37,686 nt of DNA, taken from positions 1-37,686 of IMG/VR virus record IMGVR_UViG_3300020306_000007; one strand, given 5' to 3'. Below are positions 19,655-27,794 of the stretch, in pieces (the first letter of the stretch is position 1; each line of letters opens with the position of its first letter). The translations under genes were made by a program, and so were the position numbers. The DNA is from a virus. Taxonomy: Duplodnaviria; Caudoviricetes. The notes under the pieces are model-generated. The model was not told the DNA's origin and did not search any database. It saw nothing but the letters and a program-made list of their open reading frames with translations.

Positions 19655-21391
19655 ATGAGCTCATCTTTAGAATATTTAAAATCATTAGATCTTGAAACCG
19701 AGGAACAAGAGAAAAAAGATAATAGAAGTACTTTTGAAAAAGCAAATGAAACTTTTAAATCAACAGTCAAAGCAACTATTGGAGATAATTATGCTGGAGA
19801 GCTAGTAGGAAATATTCCACAGTCAGGAGTTCAATTTGTTAAAGACATAACAGCTCCATTTTTTTCTCCCATAGATACTGTCACTACCATTGGACAATTA
19901 GGAGCTGGATTAATTCAATTAGCTATTCCAGGAGAACAAGGCAACGAAGAATTAGCCAGGGCTGTTGGATCTTATTATGCAGATCGTTATGGTGGAATTG
20001 ATAATGTTTTAAAAACTTTAAAAGAAGATCCTGTTGGGATCGTTTCAGATGTTGCTTTGATGGCCACAGGTGTTGGAGCTGGTGTTAAGGCAACAGGTCA
20101 GGCAAGTAAAATTAAAAAAGTTGCTGATGTTGGAGAAACAATTAAAAAAACAGGTATAGGAATAGATCCAGCTACACCAATATTTTCAGGAACAGTTAGT
20201 GGCATGAGCAAACTTAATACTGCTCTAGATAATACTCAAACAGGATCTAAGGCAAAAGAATTTATTAAAAGCATTCCATCAGAAGTTCTGGGAAAAATGA
20301 CAGGTACAGGAGCAGAAGTTTCTCAACTTAGTTATGAGGCTGGGAGAAAAGGTGGAGAGTCACAAAAAAGATTAAGAAAAAATAGAATGGGCTTGGTTGA
20401 TGAAACCGAGGTTGTTGATGAGGCTATTGAAACATTAAATAAACAACAAAAAGCAATATCAGACGATTTCACATCAGCAAAAGGTGTTGGCAATGAAAGT
20501 GGAACTTTAAAATTAGACGAAATTGGAATGGATATGAAAGATCCATTAAAAGCACTAGACGATTTTGCTATTGATAAATCTTATCGTGGTATGACTGAGC
20601 TTAGCCCAGAGGCAACAGCCAAAATAGATGAGATCCGAAAAATCATTAAAGAATTTGGAAAGCCTGGTAGGGGCATGAATACTGCAAAAGGCATGGATCT
20701 TTTAAAGAGAAGAATTAACTCTTTGTACCAAAGAAATCCAGCAACAAATGATGTCAATGTTCCTGTCGTACACATGACTAGAAAGATAAATGAACTCATA
20801 GAAAAAAAAGTTCCTGGTTATGCAAAAGTAAATAGAGATTTTGCACAAACACAAAATCTTATAAATGACACTAAAGCTGTTTTAGGTGGCAAAAGGAATT
20901 TTATGAATAATGTACCTGGAGCCAAAGCTAAAGTTTTGAAAAAAATGCAACAAGCTATGAGAAACAAAACTAATGTTGATATGGGAGAAAATCTAAAAGC
21001 AGTTGAAAGAATAAATCCAAATTTAAAATATTCATTAGCTGGACAGGCCTCTCAAACTTTTGCCCCAAGAGGTTTGGCTGGATTAGGTTTTTCAGGCTTA
21101 GGACTTGGAGCTGGTTATGGAGCTCTTGGCCCTACAGGAATACCCCTGGCTTTATTATCTTCTCCAAGATTAGTATCTGCTGGAGCAGAAGGTTTAGGAT
21201 CTGCCATGCGAAGAACAGAAGGATTTAGAAGAGGTGTTGCAAATCAATTCCCTAATGCTTTAAGAGTTAATAGACCTATTACACAATCTGATCCCCAGGG
21301 AATAGTAGATCAGCAAAAGCAAAATGAAACTTACAAAGAGGCTATGAATGATTTGCTCAATCAACTAGATAGATTGCAAAATGTGAGGTAA
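19655..21391 (+). CDS. Internal virion / ejection protein
   Basis: 578 aa; Gly-zipper C-terminus followed by LSSPRLV; last gene of the structural block. Confidence 0.65.
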   Translation: MSSSLEYLKSLDLETEEQEKKDNRSTFEKANETFKSTVKATIGDNYAGELVGNIPQSGVQFVKDITAPFFSPIDTVTTIGQLGAGLIQLAIPGEQGNEELARAVGSYYADRYGGIDNVLKTLKEDPVGIVSDVALMATGVGAGVKATGQASKIKKVADVGETIKKTGIGIDPATPIFSGTVSGMSKLNTALDNTQTGSKAKEFIKSIPSEVLGKMTGTGAEVSQLSYEAGRKGGESQKRLRKNRMGLVDETEVVDEAIETLNKQQKAISDDFTSAKGVGNESGTLKLDEIGMDMKDPLKALDDFAIDKSYRGMTELSPEATAKIDEIRKIIKEFGKPGRGMNTAKGMDLLKRRINSLYQRNPATNDVNVPVVHMTRKINELIEKKVPGYAKVNRDFAQTQNLINDTKAVLGGKRNFMNNVPGAKAKVLKKMQQAMRNKTNVDMGENLKAVERINPNLKYSLAGQASQTFAPRGLAGLGFSGLGLGAGYGALGPTGIPLALLSSPRLVSAGAEGLGSAMRRTEGFRRGVANQFPNALRVNRPITQSDPQGIVDQQKQNETYKEAMNDLLNQLDRLQNVR

Positions 21392-21393
21392 TC

Positions 21394-21528
21394 ATGGAAG
21401 TATTGTTATGGATAATATTTATCCTTGTAGTTGGCAAGGCACTACTAAAAGCTGTAGCTCCTTACACAAATAAAGCTCTAGACGATAGACTCAAAGAGTA
21501 TTGGAAAGATCTAAAAAATTATTTCTAA
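21394..21528 (+). CDS. 44 aa membrane peptide (not in ORF track)
   Basis: MEVLLWIIFILVVGKALLKAVAPYTNKALDDRLKEYWKDLKNYF; RBS gaggt. Confidence 0.7.
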   Translation: MEVLLWIIFILVVGKALLKAVAPYTNKALDDRLKEYWKDLKNYF

Positions 21529-21534
21529 AAAATT

Positions 21535-21987
21535 ATGCCAAGGCTTACCGAAAGGATAGGCAAATCTGGAGAATATTCAGTTTGTGCTTGGCTCTCTATT
21601 CATTCAGATCTAGTAGCTTTAATTCCTCATTCCTCACACACAGATATAGTTTTTGAGTATGAGGATTTTGTAATTAGATGCCAGGTTAAAACTTGCACTA
21701 AAGAAAAAAAATATATTTCCAGGCATACAGGCAGACATTATCGTTCTGGTTGGTGTTGGGATATTAGAAAAGGATCTCACACTAAAGATAGAGAATATAA
21801 AAAAAACCAGGTAGATCTCTATGCTTTGTATTGTAAGCCTCTAGATCTAATCATTTGGATCTCAGCTAAAGATCTTGGATCTAAGAAAAAAATCACTTTT
21901 AGATCCTCAGATTTAGAAAAATACGATAGTTTTAAAGAGTGGATGATAAGTTGTGAACAAGTTGTGAACAGCTCTCAGAAAGCCTAA
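21535..21987 (+). CDS. PD-(D/E)xK endonuclease (PDDEXK_5-like)
   Basis: G..GE, TDIV, CQVKT and Y....VDLYALY motifs. Confidence 0.8.
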   Translation: MPRLTERIGKSGEYSVCAWLSIHSDLVALIPHSSHTDIVFEYEDFVIRCQVKTCTKEKKYISRHTGRHYRSGWCWDIRKGSHTKDREYKKNQVDLYALYCKPLDLIIWISAKDLGSKKKITFRSSDLEKYDSFKEWMISCEQVVNSSQKA

Positions 21988-22070
21988 AAAGTGCCTTAAA
22001 ACCCCATATTTTACTTATCTTCCTCATCCCAGGGGAGGAAAAAAATATCTAAATTATTCTTTAAATGTAG

Positions 22071-22099
22071 TTGTACTATGTAGCTAAATAGCCGATAAT
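22071..22099 (+). promoter_or_regulatory. Sigma70-type promoter of the integrase operon
   Basis: TTGTAC-17 bp-GATAAT; the -35 box overlaps an operator-like GTAGT-TGT-ACTAT. Confidence 0.6.
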
Positions 22100-22133
22100 A
22101 CTTATATGGAGTTATATATAACTACATTTGATG

Positions 22134-22185
22134 AGAGGATCTTTCGTGAACAAAATAGTGAACACGAAGGATCCTCTTTTTTTTT
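22134..22185 (+). terminator. Intrinsic terminator / attenuator in the operon leader
   Basis: 15-bp stem AGAGGATCTTTCGTG / CACGAAGGATCCTCT followed by a T run. Confidence 0.75.
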
Positions 22186-22219
22186 AACAAAATTGGATCC
22201 TAAGGATCCAGGAGAGAAA

Positions 22220-22528
22220 ATGTCACATTGGCAAACTTTACGAAGTGAAAACAGAAAAAGATCTTTTAGAAAAGATCTTTTACAAAAACTTATGATGATC
22301 CTATTAGGATCTCCTTATGTTAAGTCAAACAACTTAGCAACTGCTTGGATAAATTCAGCTTATGTAAATCAAGATTTAGATCTTATGCTTACATACGCTG
22401 AATGGTGGAATGAAACTTATAACCATGATCAAAAAATTTGGGCACATAGAGAAAAGATCTTTGACAAGATACTACTTGTTGAGTCTTTTATCTTAGGCAA
22501 AGATCATCCTTTCATGGAGGTTAAGTAA
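22220..22528 (+). CDS. Hypothetical protein
   Basis: Start moved to ATG 22220 (RBS aggag), downstream of the leader terminator. Confidence 0.65.
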   Translation: MSHWQTLRSENRKRSFRKDLLQKLMMILLGSPYVKSNNLATAWINSAYVNQDLDLMLTYAEWWNETYNHDQKIWAHREKIFDKILLVESFILGKDHPFMEVK

Positions 22529-22701
22529 TGGCTTTTGACATACAAAAAAGATCTTTAAAAAAATCTAAAAAAAACACCTGGAGCAGATCAATGAGATCTG
22601 CTCCTGGCACAAAAAAATTTGCACAGAAACTTGGTACACCTGGAGCCAGGAAAATTGCAAAACAATATCTTATCCAGGAAATGAGAGAGGTTATGCAATG
22701 A
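22528..22701 (+). CDS. 57 aa basic protein (not in ORF track)
   Basis: MAFDIQKRSLKKSKK...EMREVMQ; RBS ggagg; taatg and atga overlaps at its ends. Confidence 0.65.
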   Translation: MAFDIQKRSLKKSKKNTWSRSMRSAPGTKKFAQKLGTPGARKIAKQYLIQEMREVMQ

Positions 22702-22991
22702 GAACAATATTTAGTTTAGCTGAGAAAGGCAGAGCTAGTTATTTCGATATAAAGAAAAGGGAAGATCAATATATCTTTTTAATTATGCTTCCTAATGTTG
22801 GTGGGGTTAGACCTATTTGCAAAAATGAAAAAAATCTTAGATTGAAAACTATAATCAATACTAAGATGGATTGGTGTGATATGAGTCTTAAAGAATATCT
22901 CAACAATTCAGAGAATGAGCAATACTATTGCCAAACTTTGAAGGGTAAAACACTTTGGAAAAGAATTAAAAAAACTTTGGAGAAAATATGA
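22698..22991 (+). CDS. Hypothetical protein
   Basis: 97 aa; RBS gaggt; overlaps the integrase start. Confidence 0.65.
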   Translation: MRTIFSLAEKGRASYFDIKKREDQYIFLIMLPNVGGVRPICKNEKNLRLKTIINTKMDWCDMSLKEYLNNSENEQYYCQTLKGKTLWKRIKKTLEKI

Positions 22992-24049
22992 GAACTAGAA
23001 CTACTGATAAAAAATTTAATGGCTTGTGCTGGATCACTAGACACATCAAAGATGATCCTTCACAGCCAACATACACAACTTACTTTGCCAAAATTCCTAA
23101 TGGCAACAAATCTCCCAGGCTAGTTAAAGTTGGATCTGACAAAGATCAACTTAGCCTGGCTGTTTTAAGAGAGAGAGCTAAAGATGAGATCAGCAAAGTA
23201 AGTACCAGGGGAAACTCTGATCATACTCTTAACTCATTTTTTGATGAGATCTTTATCAAAGATAGGGAAAGAAAAAAAACTGAAACTCTCAGGCATTTCT
23301 TTTATATGTGGGATAACAATATTAGAAATACCCTGGGCATGAAAAGAATGGTAGATCTAGAAACTATAGACATTTACCAGGAGTTTATGAAGATCTCCGA
23401 AAGATCTGAGTCAGTTGCAAACAAATGCTTACAACACATCAAATCTTGTTATGCATTAGCTATGGATCTTGGCTTGGTTAAATTTAATCCAGCTAGTTCT
23501 GTTAAGAAAAATGCATCAGAAAACAGGATCAGATTTTTTAATGCTGATCAGACAGTTAGATTTAAAAAGGCATTGTTTTCATTAGGAGAGGATCACAAAT
23601 TTGCTACAGCTCTGATCTATGCTCTTTACTTAACAGGAGCAAGATTTGGAGAGCTTAGAGATGCTAAATGGTCAGATCTACATGGAAATAAAATCGTTAG
23701 ATCCAAACACAAAACTAAAAAAATTACAGGTCAGGATCGTATTATTTATTTATCTCCAGAGGCTATGGATCTGATCAACAGATTGCCCAGAGATAACGAA
23801 TACATTTTTAACTGTAAATATGTCAAAACTGCCTGGAATAAAATCAGAGAGATTGCAGATCTTAAAGAGTTTCACTTGCACGATTTAAGACACAACTTTT
23901 GTACCCAGGCTATCAACAATGGTATAGATCTAATCAGAGTTGGTAAATTGGTCGGTCATAAGTCTGTCGAAACAATGGAAAAATATGCCCATGTTTTAGA
24001 TCAGACTTCTGACAACGACATCAAACAGATTGGCAATCTTTTAAGCTAA
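22988..24049 (+). CDS. int: Tyrosine integrase
   Basis: Catalytic R (TGARFGE), K (KTK), HDLRH, VGH and Y (EKYAH); N-terminal arm-binding-like and core-binding regions. Confidence 0.92.
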   Translation: MRTRTTDKKFNGLCWITRHIKDDPSQPTYTTYFAKIPNGNKSPRLVKVGSDKDQLSLAVLRERAKDEISKVSTRGNSDHTLNSFFDEIFIKDRERKKTETLRHFFYMWDNNIRNTLGMKRMVDLETIDIYQEFMKISERSESVANKCLQHIKSCYALAMDLGLVKFNPASSVKKNASENRIRFFNADQTVRFKKALFSLGEDHKFATALIYALYLTGARFGELRDAKWSDLHGNKIVRSKHKTKKITGQDRIIYLSPEAMDLINRLPRDNEYIFNCKYVKTAWNKIREIADLKEFHLHDLRHNFCTQAINNGIDLIRVGKLVGHKSVETMEKYAHVLDQTSDNDIKQIGNLLS

Positions 24050-24345
24050 TCGTCAAACATAGGTAGATCCCTTCCTTGGGGATCTACCTCATAATATTTC
24101 TCTAAATGTAGCTCCAGGTAATGAATTGCCTTTTTAATATCTTGCACATGAAATGCTCTTCGCTTTGGATCTCTAGATCTGCAAACATATTTAATGACAT
24201 TACCTAATGCATAAGGAAGATCATTTTGCACAATAAAATCTATAGGCTCTATCATCAATCTTTTGTAGTGATCTCCTCCTACTTGGAATGAACTTGCCTT
24301 ATCAACAATTTCGTGAGCCTCTTCCATTTGTTTATCAATATCCAT
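24046..24345 (-). CDS. DUF3310 family protein (T7 gp1.7 / SaV-like)
   Basis: QVGGDHY..IEPIDFI..GNVIKYVCR..DIKKAIHYLE; RBS aggag. Confidence 0.85.
   Translation of the reverse strand: MDIDKQMEEAHEIVDKASSFQVGGDHYKRLMIEPIDFIVQNDLPYALGNVIKYVCRSRDPKRRAFHVQDIKKAIHYLELHLEKYYEVDPQGRDLPMFDD
24061..24089 (+). terminator. Hairpin just after the integrase stop
   Basis: 11-bp perfect stem AGGTAGATCCC / GGGATCTACCT; no clear U tract. Confidence 0.4.
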
Positions 24346-24400
24346 TTAATTTCTCCTAGATCTAATAAGATCTGATTTTGTTTGTAATTACAATTTTTAA

Positions 24401-24413
24401 ATAGTAAGACTAT
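24401..24413. promoter_or_regulatory. Palindromic operator-like site in divergent intergenic region
   Basis: ATAGT-AAG-ACTAT, a perfect match to the recurring consensus. Confidence 0.6.
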
Positions 24414-24508
24414 CCAAAAATTTTTTAGATCTAATTGTACTCCATATATTTACTTTCAATGCAGTTATCCCTCATAATGTGTCTTTATTTTTCAAGATGG
24501 AATTATTA

Positions 24509-24715
24509 ATGGAAGATCTCAAATGTGTAGATACTAAAGAGGCATCTAAAATTCTTGGTGTTAGCCCTAACACTTTAAATTGCTGGAGATCTCAAAGTAC
24601 ACCGAAAAATCCCAAAGGCCCTAAATGGGTAAATATAGAAAGTGCTGTCAGATATAGGATCAAAGACCTGGAAGAGTATCTGAGCAACAACACCATGGGA
24701 GAAACTAATAAATAA
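24509..24715 (+). CDS. Excisionase / AlpA-like winged HTH protein
   Basis: DTKEASKILGVSPNTLNCWR..GPKWV..VRYR..DLEEYL; start uncertain (24479-24509). Confidence 0.8.
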   Translation: MEDLKCVDTKEASKILGVSPNTLNCWRSQSTPKNPKGPKWVNIESAVRYRIKDLEEYLSNNTMGETNK

Positions 24716-24729
24716 GTGGAGAAAAAATA

Positions 24730-25494
24730 TTGCCTTCTAAACATAGTATTTTGGGGCCATCTGCTCATTCCAGGTGGAGTGTCTGTCCAGCCTCGCCAAA
24801 AAAATGTGCTGAATATCCTGGGGAAACATCCAGGGCCGCTGTCGAGGGAACTATAGTGCACAACATTTCTGAGATGATCCTTAAAGGAAGATTTAAAGAT
24901 ACAGATCCAAAAAAATATTGGGTAGGTCAGCAGATAGAATTAGAAGGAGAAATTATTACAGTTTCTCCAAACAATTATGATTGTGCTCTTTTTTATGTTG
25001 AGTATGTAAAGAAAAGAACTGAGGAGCTCCAGGGCAGATTACTAATTGAGGAGCAAGTTGAATGTACTGAAATACACGAGGCAGTTTGGGGTACTTCTGA
25101 TGCAATCATAATTGGCAAAGACAGAATTGCTGTTATTGATTACAAAAATGGCAGATGGAATGTTGAGGCAGAGAACAATTCACAATTAAAGATTTATGGT
25201 CTAGGAGCATTAGCTAAATATTCAGATGATCCTGAAACGATTATTGAACTTACAATCGTTCAGCCAAATACTCCAGGCAATAAAAAAAAGATCAAGACAG
25301 TAGAAACCACAGCAGAGCATTTAGTTGATTGGGGTTATGATGTCTTAAAACCACAAGCTGAGGCATGTTTTGAAGATGATCCAAAGTTTGTGGCTGGAGA
25401 GCATTGTCGGTTTTGTAATTACAAGCCACATTGTAAAACTAATAAAATCTATGAAAAACAAAGAGGTGGATATGACAAAGAAATTATTGGATGA
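24730..25494 (+). CDS. Cas4-like PD-(D/E)xK exonuclease (DUF2800)
   Basis: HS.LGPS...RW..CP, GT..H, WGTSD, IDYKNG, QLKIY, C-terminal HCRFC..C; TTG start. Confidence 0.88.
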   Translation: MPSKHSILGPSAHSRWSVCPASPKKCAEYPGETSRAAVEGTIVHNISEMILKGRFKDTDPKKYWVGQQIELEGEIITVSPNNYDCALFYVEYVKKRTEELQGRLLIEEQVECTEIHEAVWGTSDAIIIGKDRIAVIDYKNGRWNVEAENNSQLKIYGLGALAKYSDDPETIIELTIVQPNTPGNKKKIKTVETTAEHLVDWGYDVLKPQAEACFEDDPKFVAGEHCRFCNYKPHCKTNKIYEKQRGGYDKEIIG

Positions 25495-25813
25495 AAATCC
25501 AAAATTGAGCCGAAGTTGGGAGGAGCCTTGCTTTACAGCAGTTCAAGAAGATGGAAGCAAAATAGAATGGTATGAAAGAGATCTGGATCCTGAAACAAAG
25601 GGAGTGATGGAGAAACTTCTTATCAATCTACAACAGAGAAATGAGCTTGAGGGTAAATATCAACAAGCAATAATCATTACTCAATCAATGCAACAGATCA
25701 TGGATCTCCATGAGCTGTTTTACGAGAAGTTGCTAAACCTCAATCCAGGTAAAAAAATCGTGGAAGGTGGTACTGTGACTTTAGAAACTAACATTAAGAC
25801 TAAAGGAGATTAA
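25472..25813 (+). CDS. Hypothetical protein
   Basis: ATG 25472 after gaggtgg. Confidence 0.65.
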   Translation: MTKKLLDENPKLSRSWEEPCFTAVQEDGSKIEWYERDLDPETKGVMEKLLINLQQRNELEGKYQQAIIITQSMQQIMDLHELFYEKLLNLNPGKKIVEGGTVTLETNIKTKGD

Positions 25814-25816
25814 TTT

Positions 25817-26578
25817 ATGTCGTTAGAAAATATAAGAAAAAAAAGTGTGGTCAAAGCTCCAAGAATTTTAGCTTATGGCCCTGCTGGTATAGGAAAGTCG
25901 AGTTTTGGGGCTACCCTGGAAAACCCAATTTTCCTTCTTACTGAGGATGGCCTTGGTACATTGCAAGTGGATCATTTTCCTCTGGCAAAAACTTGGCTAG
26001 AAATAAAAGAGAGCCTTACAACTCTGCTGAAAGAAAAACATACTTTTAAAAGTTTAGTTTTAGATAGTGCAGATTGGCTAGAGCCATTGATCTGGGATCA
26101 TGTTTGTAAAGAAAATGATTGGGCAGACATTGGATCGGCCGCTTATGGAAAAGGCTATACTGCGGCCTTAGAAATTTGGAGAGAGTACATAGCTCTAACA
26201 AATGCTCTGAGAGATCAAAAAGGAATGACAATCTTAAATTTAGCTCATGTGCTAATCAGAAGATTTGAGGATCCTGTCACAGAGGCTTATGATCGCATGG
26301 AGATCAAACTCCACAGAAAGGCCGCTGACTTGCTCATAGAAAATTCTGATGCAGTCTTTTACATGGCTTATAAAAAAGGAACTGTTCAAACTGCTGGTAA
26401 AGGTGGAACACAAACTAAAGTTCTTAATGGAGATAGAACTATATTTTGTGAAGAACAAGCGGCCTACTTGGCAAAGAATAGGTATCAACTAAAACCTGAA
26501 ATGCCTTTTTCCTGGAAGAGCATTTCTGAGATGATCAGAGAAAATGCAAAAGCTAACACCTCTGAAAAAGAGTCTTAA
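25817..26578 (+). CDS. Sak4-like ssDNA annealing ATPase (AAA_24)
   Basis: YGPAGIGKS Walker A, VLDSADWLE, YGKGY, LAH and AKNRY motifs. Confidence 0.88.
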   Translation: MSLENIRKKSVVKAPRILAYGPAGIGKSSFGATLENPIFLLTEDGLGTLQVDHFPLAKTWLEIKESLTTLLKEKHTFKSLVLDSADWLEPLIWDHVCKENDWADIGSAAYGKGYTAALEIWREYIALTNALRDQKGMTILNLAHVLIRRFEDPVTEAYDRMEIKLHRKAADLLIENSDAVFYMAYKKGTVQTAGKGGTQTKVLNGDRTIFCEEQAAYLAKNRYQLKPEMPFSWKSISEMIRENAKANTSEKES

Positions 26579-26781
26579 TGGTTGAAGATCTAATTAAGTT
26601 GTTAAAGGAGATCTCTGATCAACTTGATAGCTTTAGACAGGAGAATGGTGGGCTAGACATGGAAAATGAACAGCACACAGATTTTCCTACAGGAACTATG
26701 AAAAGTTTAGATCTCATACAACATGAGATTGATACTTCAATAGATTGGCTTGAAGATCCTAATACTTATGATCCAGGTTAG
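26578..26781 (+). CDS. Hypothetical acidic protein
   Basis: 67 aa; taatg overlap with upstream gene. Confidence 0.6.
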   Translation: MVEDLIKLLKEISDQLDSFRQENGGLDMENEQHTDFPTGTMKSLDLIQHEIDTSIDWLEDPNTYDPG

Positions 26782-26832
26782 CCCTGGATCTAGGATCTTT
26801 GTTTTTAATAATAAAAAAGTAAGGAGGTCAAA

Positions 26833-27435
26833 ATGGGAATACCTTTTGATTTTGATGAAAATGAAGTGCCTGAGGCTAGTGTATCTGGATCCTCAGGTAA
26901 TTTACCAAATGGGATCTACAACTTAGTTTTTAACAGAGTTGCAGATGCCAATGATAATGCTGATGAAAATGGGCAAGTATCAGGTAAAAATGATTGGAAA
27001 GCATTAAAGATCTATTTCACTTTGAAATGTACTAGCGACATGGAAAAGCCAATAGTCTTAGATGCTACTTTTCAATCTGACTATGATCCAACAATCACAG
27101 GAAAGGATGGCAATCCTATGAGAGATTGGATGATAGAAAATGGCAAAGCATCTTACAAAGCAATGATGTTTTATTCAGGAGCTACAGATCTCAGAGATCC
27201 TAAAACTAGCTTGGTGGGTAGAGAATTATCATGCTTAGTTGAAAAAGATGATGCTGGGTATTTAAAATTAGTACCTGGTAGCAAAGGGCAAAATTGGGGA
27301 GAGCTCCAAGATCTAGATAAACCAGAAATAAATGTGACAGCAGAAAAAGTTGAAGTCACAAATTCTGAAAGTGGTTTAGATAAAGTTGTTCCTAAAACAG
27401 ATCCTCAAGGATTTGACGAGGAAATACCCTTTTAA
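26833..27435 (+). CDS. Single-stranded DNA-binding protein (DUF669-like)
   Basis: LPNGIY start of the fold; acidic DEEIPF C-terminus; follows Sak4; RBS taaggagg. Confidence 0.75.
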   Translation: MGIPFDFDENEVPEASVSGSSGNLPNGIYNLVFNRVADANDNADENGQVSGKNDWKALKIYFTLKCTSDMEKPIVLDATFQSDYDPTITGKDGNPMRDWMIENGKASYKAMMFYSGATDLRDPKTSLVGRELSCLVEKDDAGYLKLVPGSKGQNWGELQDLDKPEINVTAEKVEVTNSESGLDKVVPKTDPQGFDEEIPF

Positions 27436-27794
27436 TGTATAGACATAAATCTCCTTCCTTATGTGGATATTGTTTGAAACCAGGAAGGGGATTTTTTGTC
27501 ACTATAGATAGTAAAGTTTGGGCATCATGCTCAATAGAACACATGGATAAAATTAAAGAGAGAATAGCAAACAAGGAGAGCCTGGGGATCAATGCAGTAT
27601 CAAATCCACAAGGAGTTGATTATGCTTTGAAACAAGTTAAAGAGAATTACAAGTCTTATGCAAAGAAAAATGGATCCTGGATTTTGCATCAATGGGATCC
27701 TATGGATAAAAAAATGTTTTTTCAGATCTTCTTATCTCATTATCTCTCTTATGAAAGCAAATTAGCTGACAGAGGTATGGATGGACATAAATAA
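27435..27794 (+). CDS. Hypothetical zinc-finger protein
   Basis: CGYC...CSIEH. Confidence 0.65.
   Translation: MYRHKSPSLCGYCLKPGRGFFVTIDSKVWASCSIEHMDKIKERIANKESLGINAVSNPQGVDYALKQVKENYKSYAKKNGSWILHQWDPMDKKMFFQIFLSHYLSYESKLADRGMDGHK

Noticed and set aside
852-21000. Many short antisense and alternate-frame ORFs in the track (for example 3548-3952, 7415-7696, 11159-11638)
   Set aside because: They shadow well-supported plus-strand genes and have no recognisable motifs
22020-22040. tRNA-derived attP core in TTCCTCATCCCAGGGGAGGAA
   Set aside because: It forms a small hairpin but shows no convincing T-arm or CCA end; no tRNA gene was found in the window
22063-22129. Invertible promoter controlled by the integrase
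   Set aside because: The inverted repeat is short, AT-rich and overlaps the -35 box; protein-binding sites are a simpler explanation
22106-22219. N-terminal extension of the ORF listed as 22106..22528
   Set aside because: It runs through a terminator hairpin and lacks an RBS; ATG 22220 has aggag
24730-25494. CRISPR-associated cas4
   Set aside because: No array or other cas genes; its context with Sak4 and SSB is a standard phage recombination module
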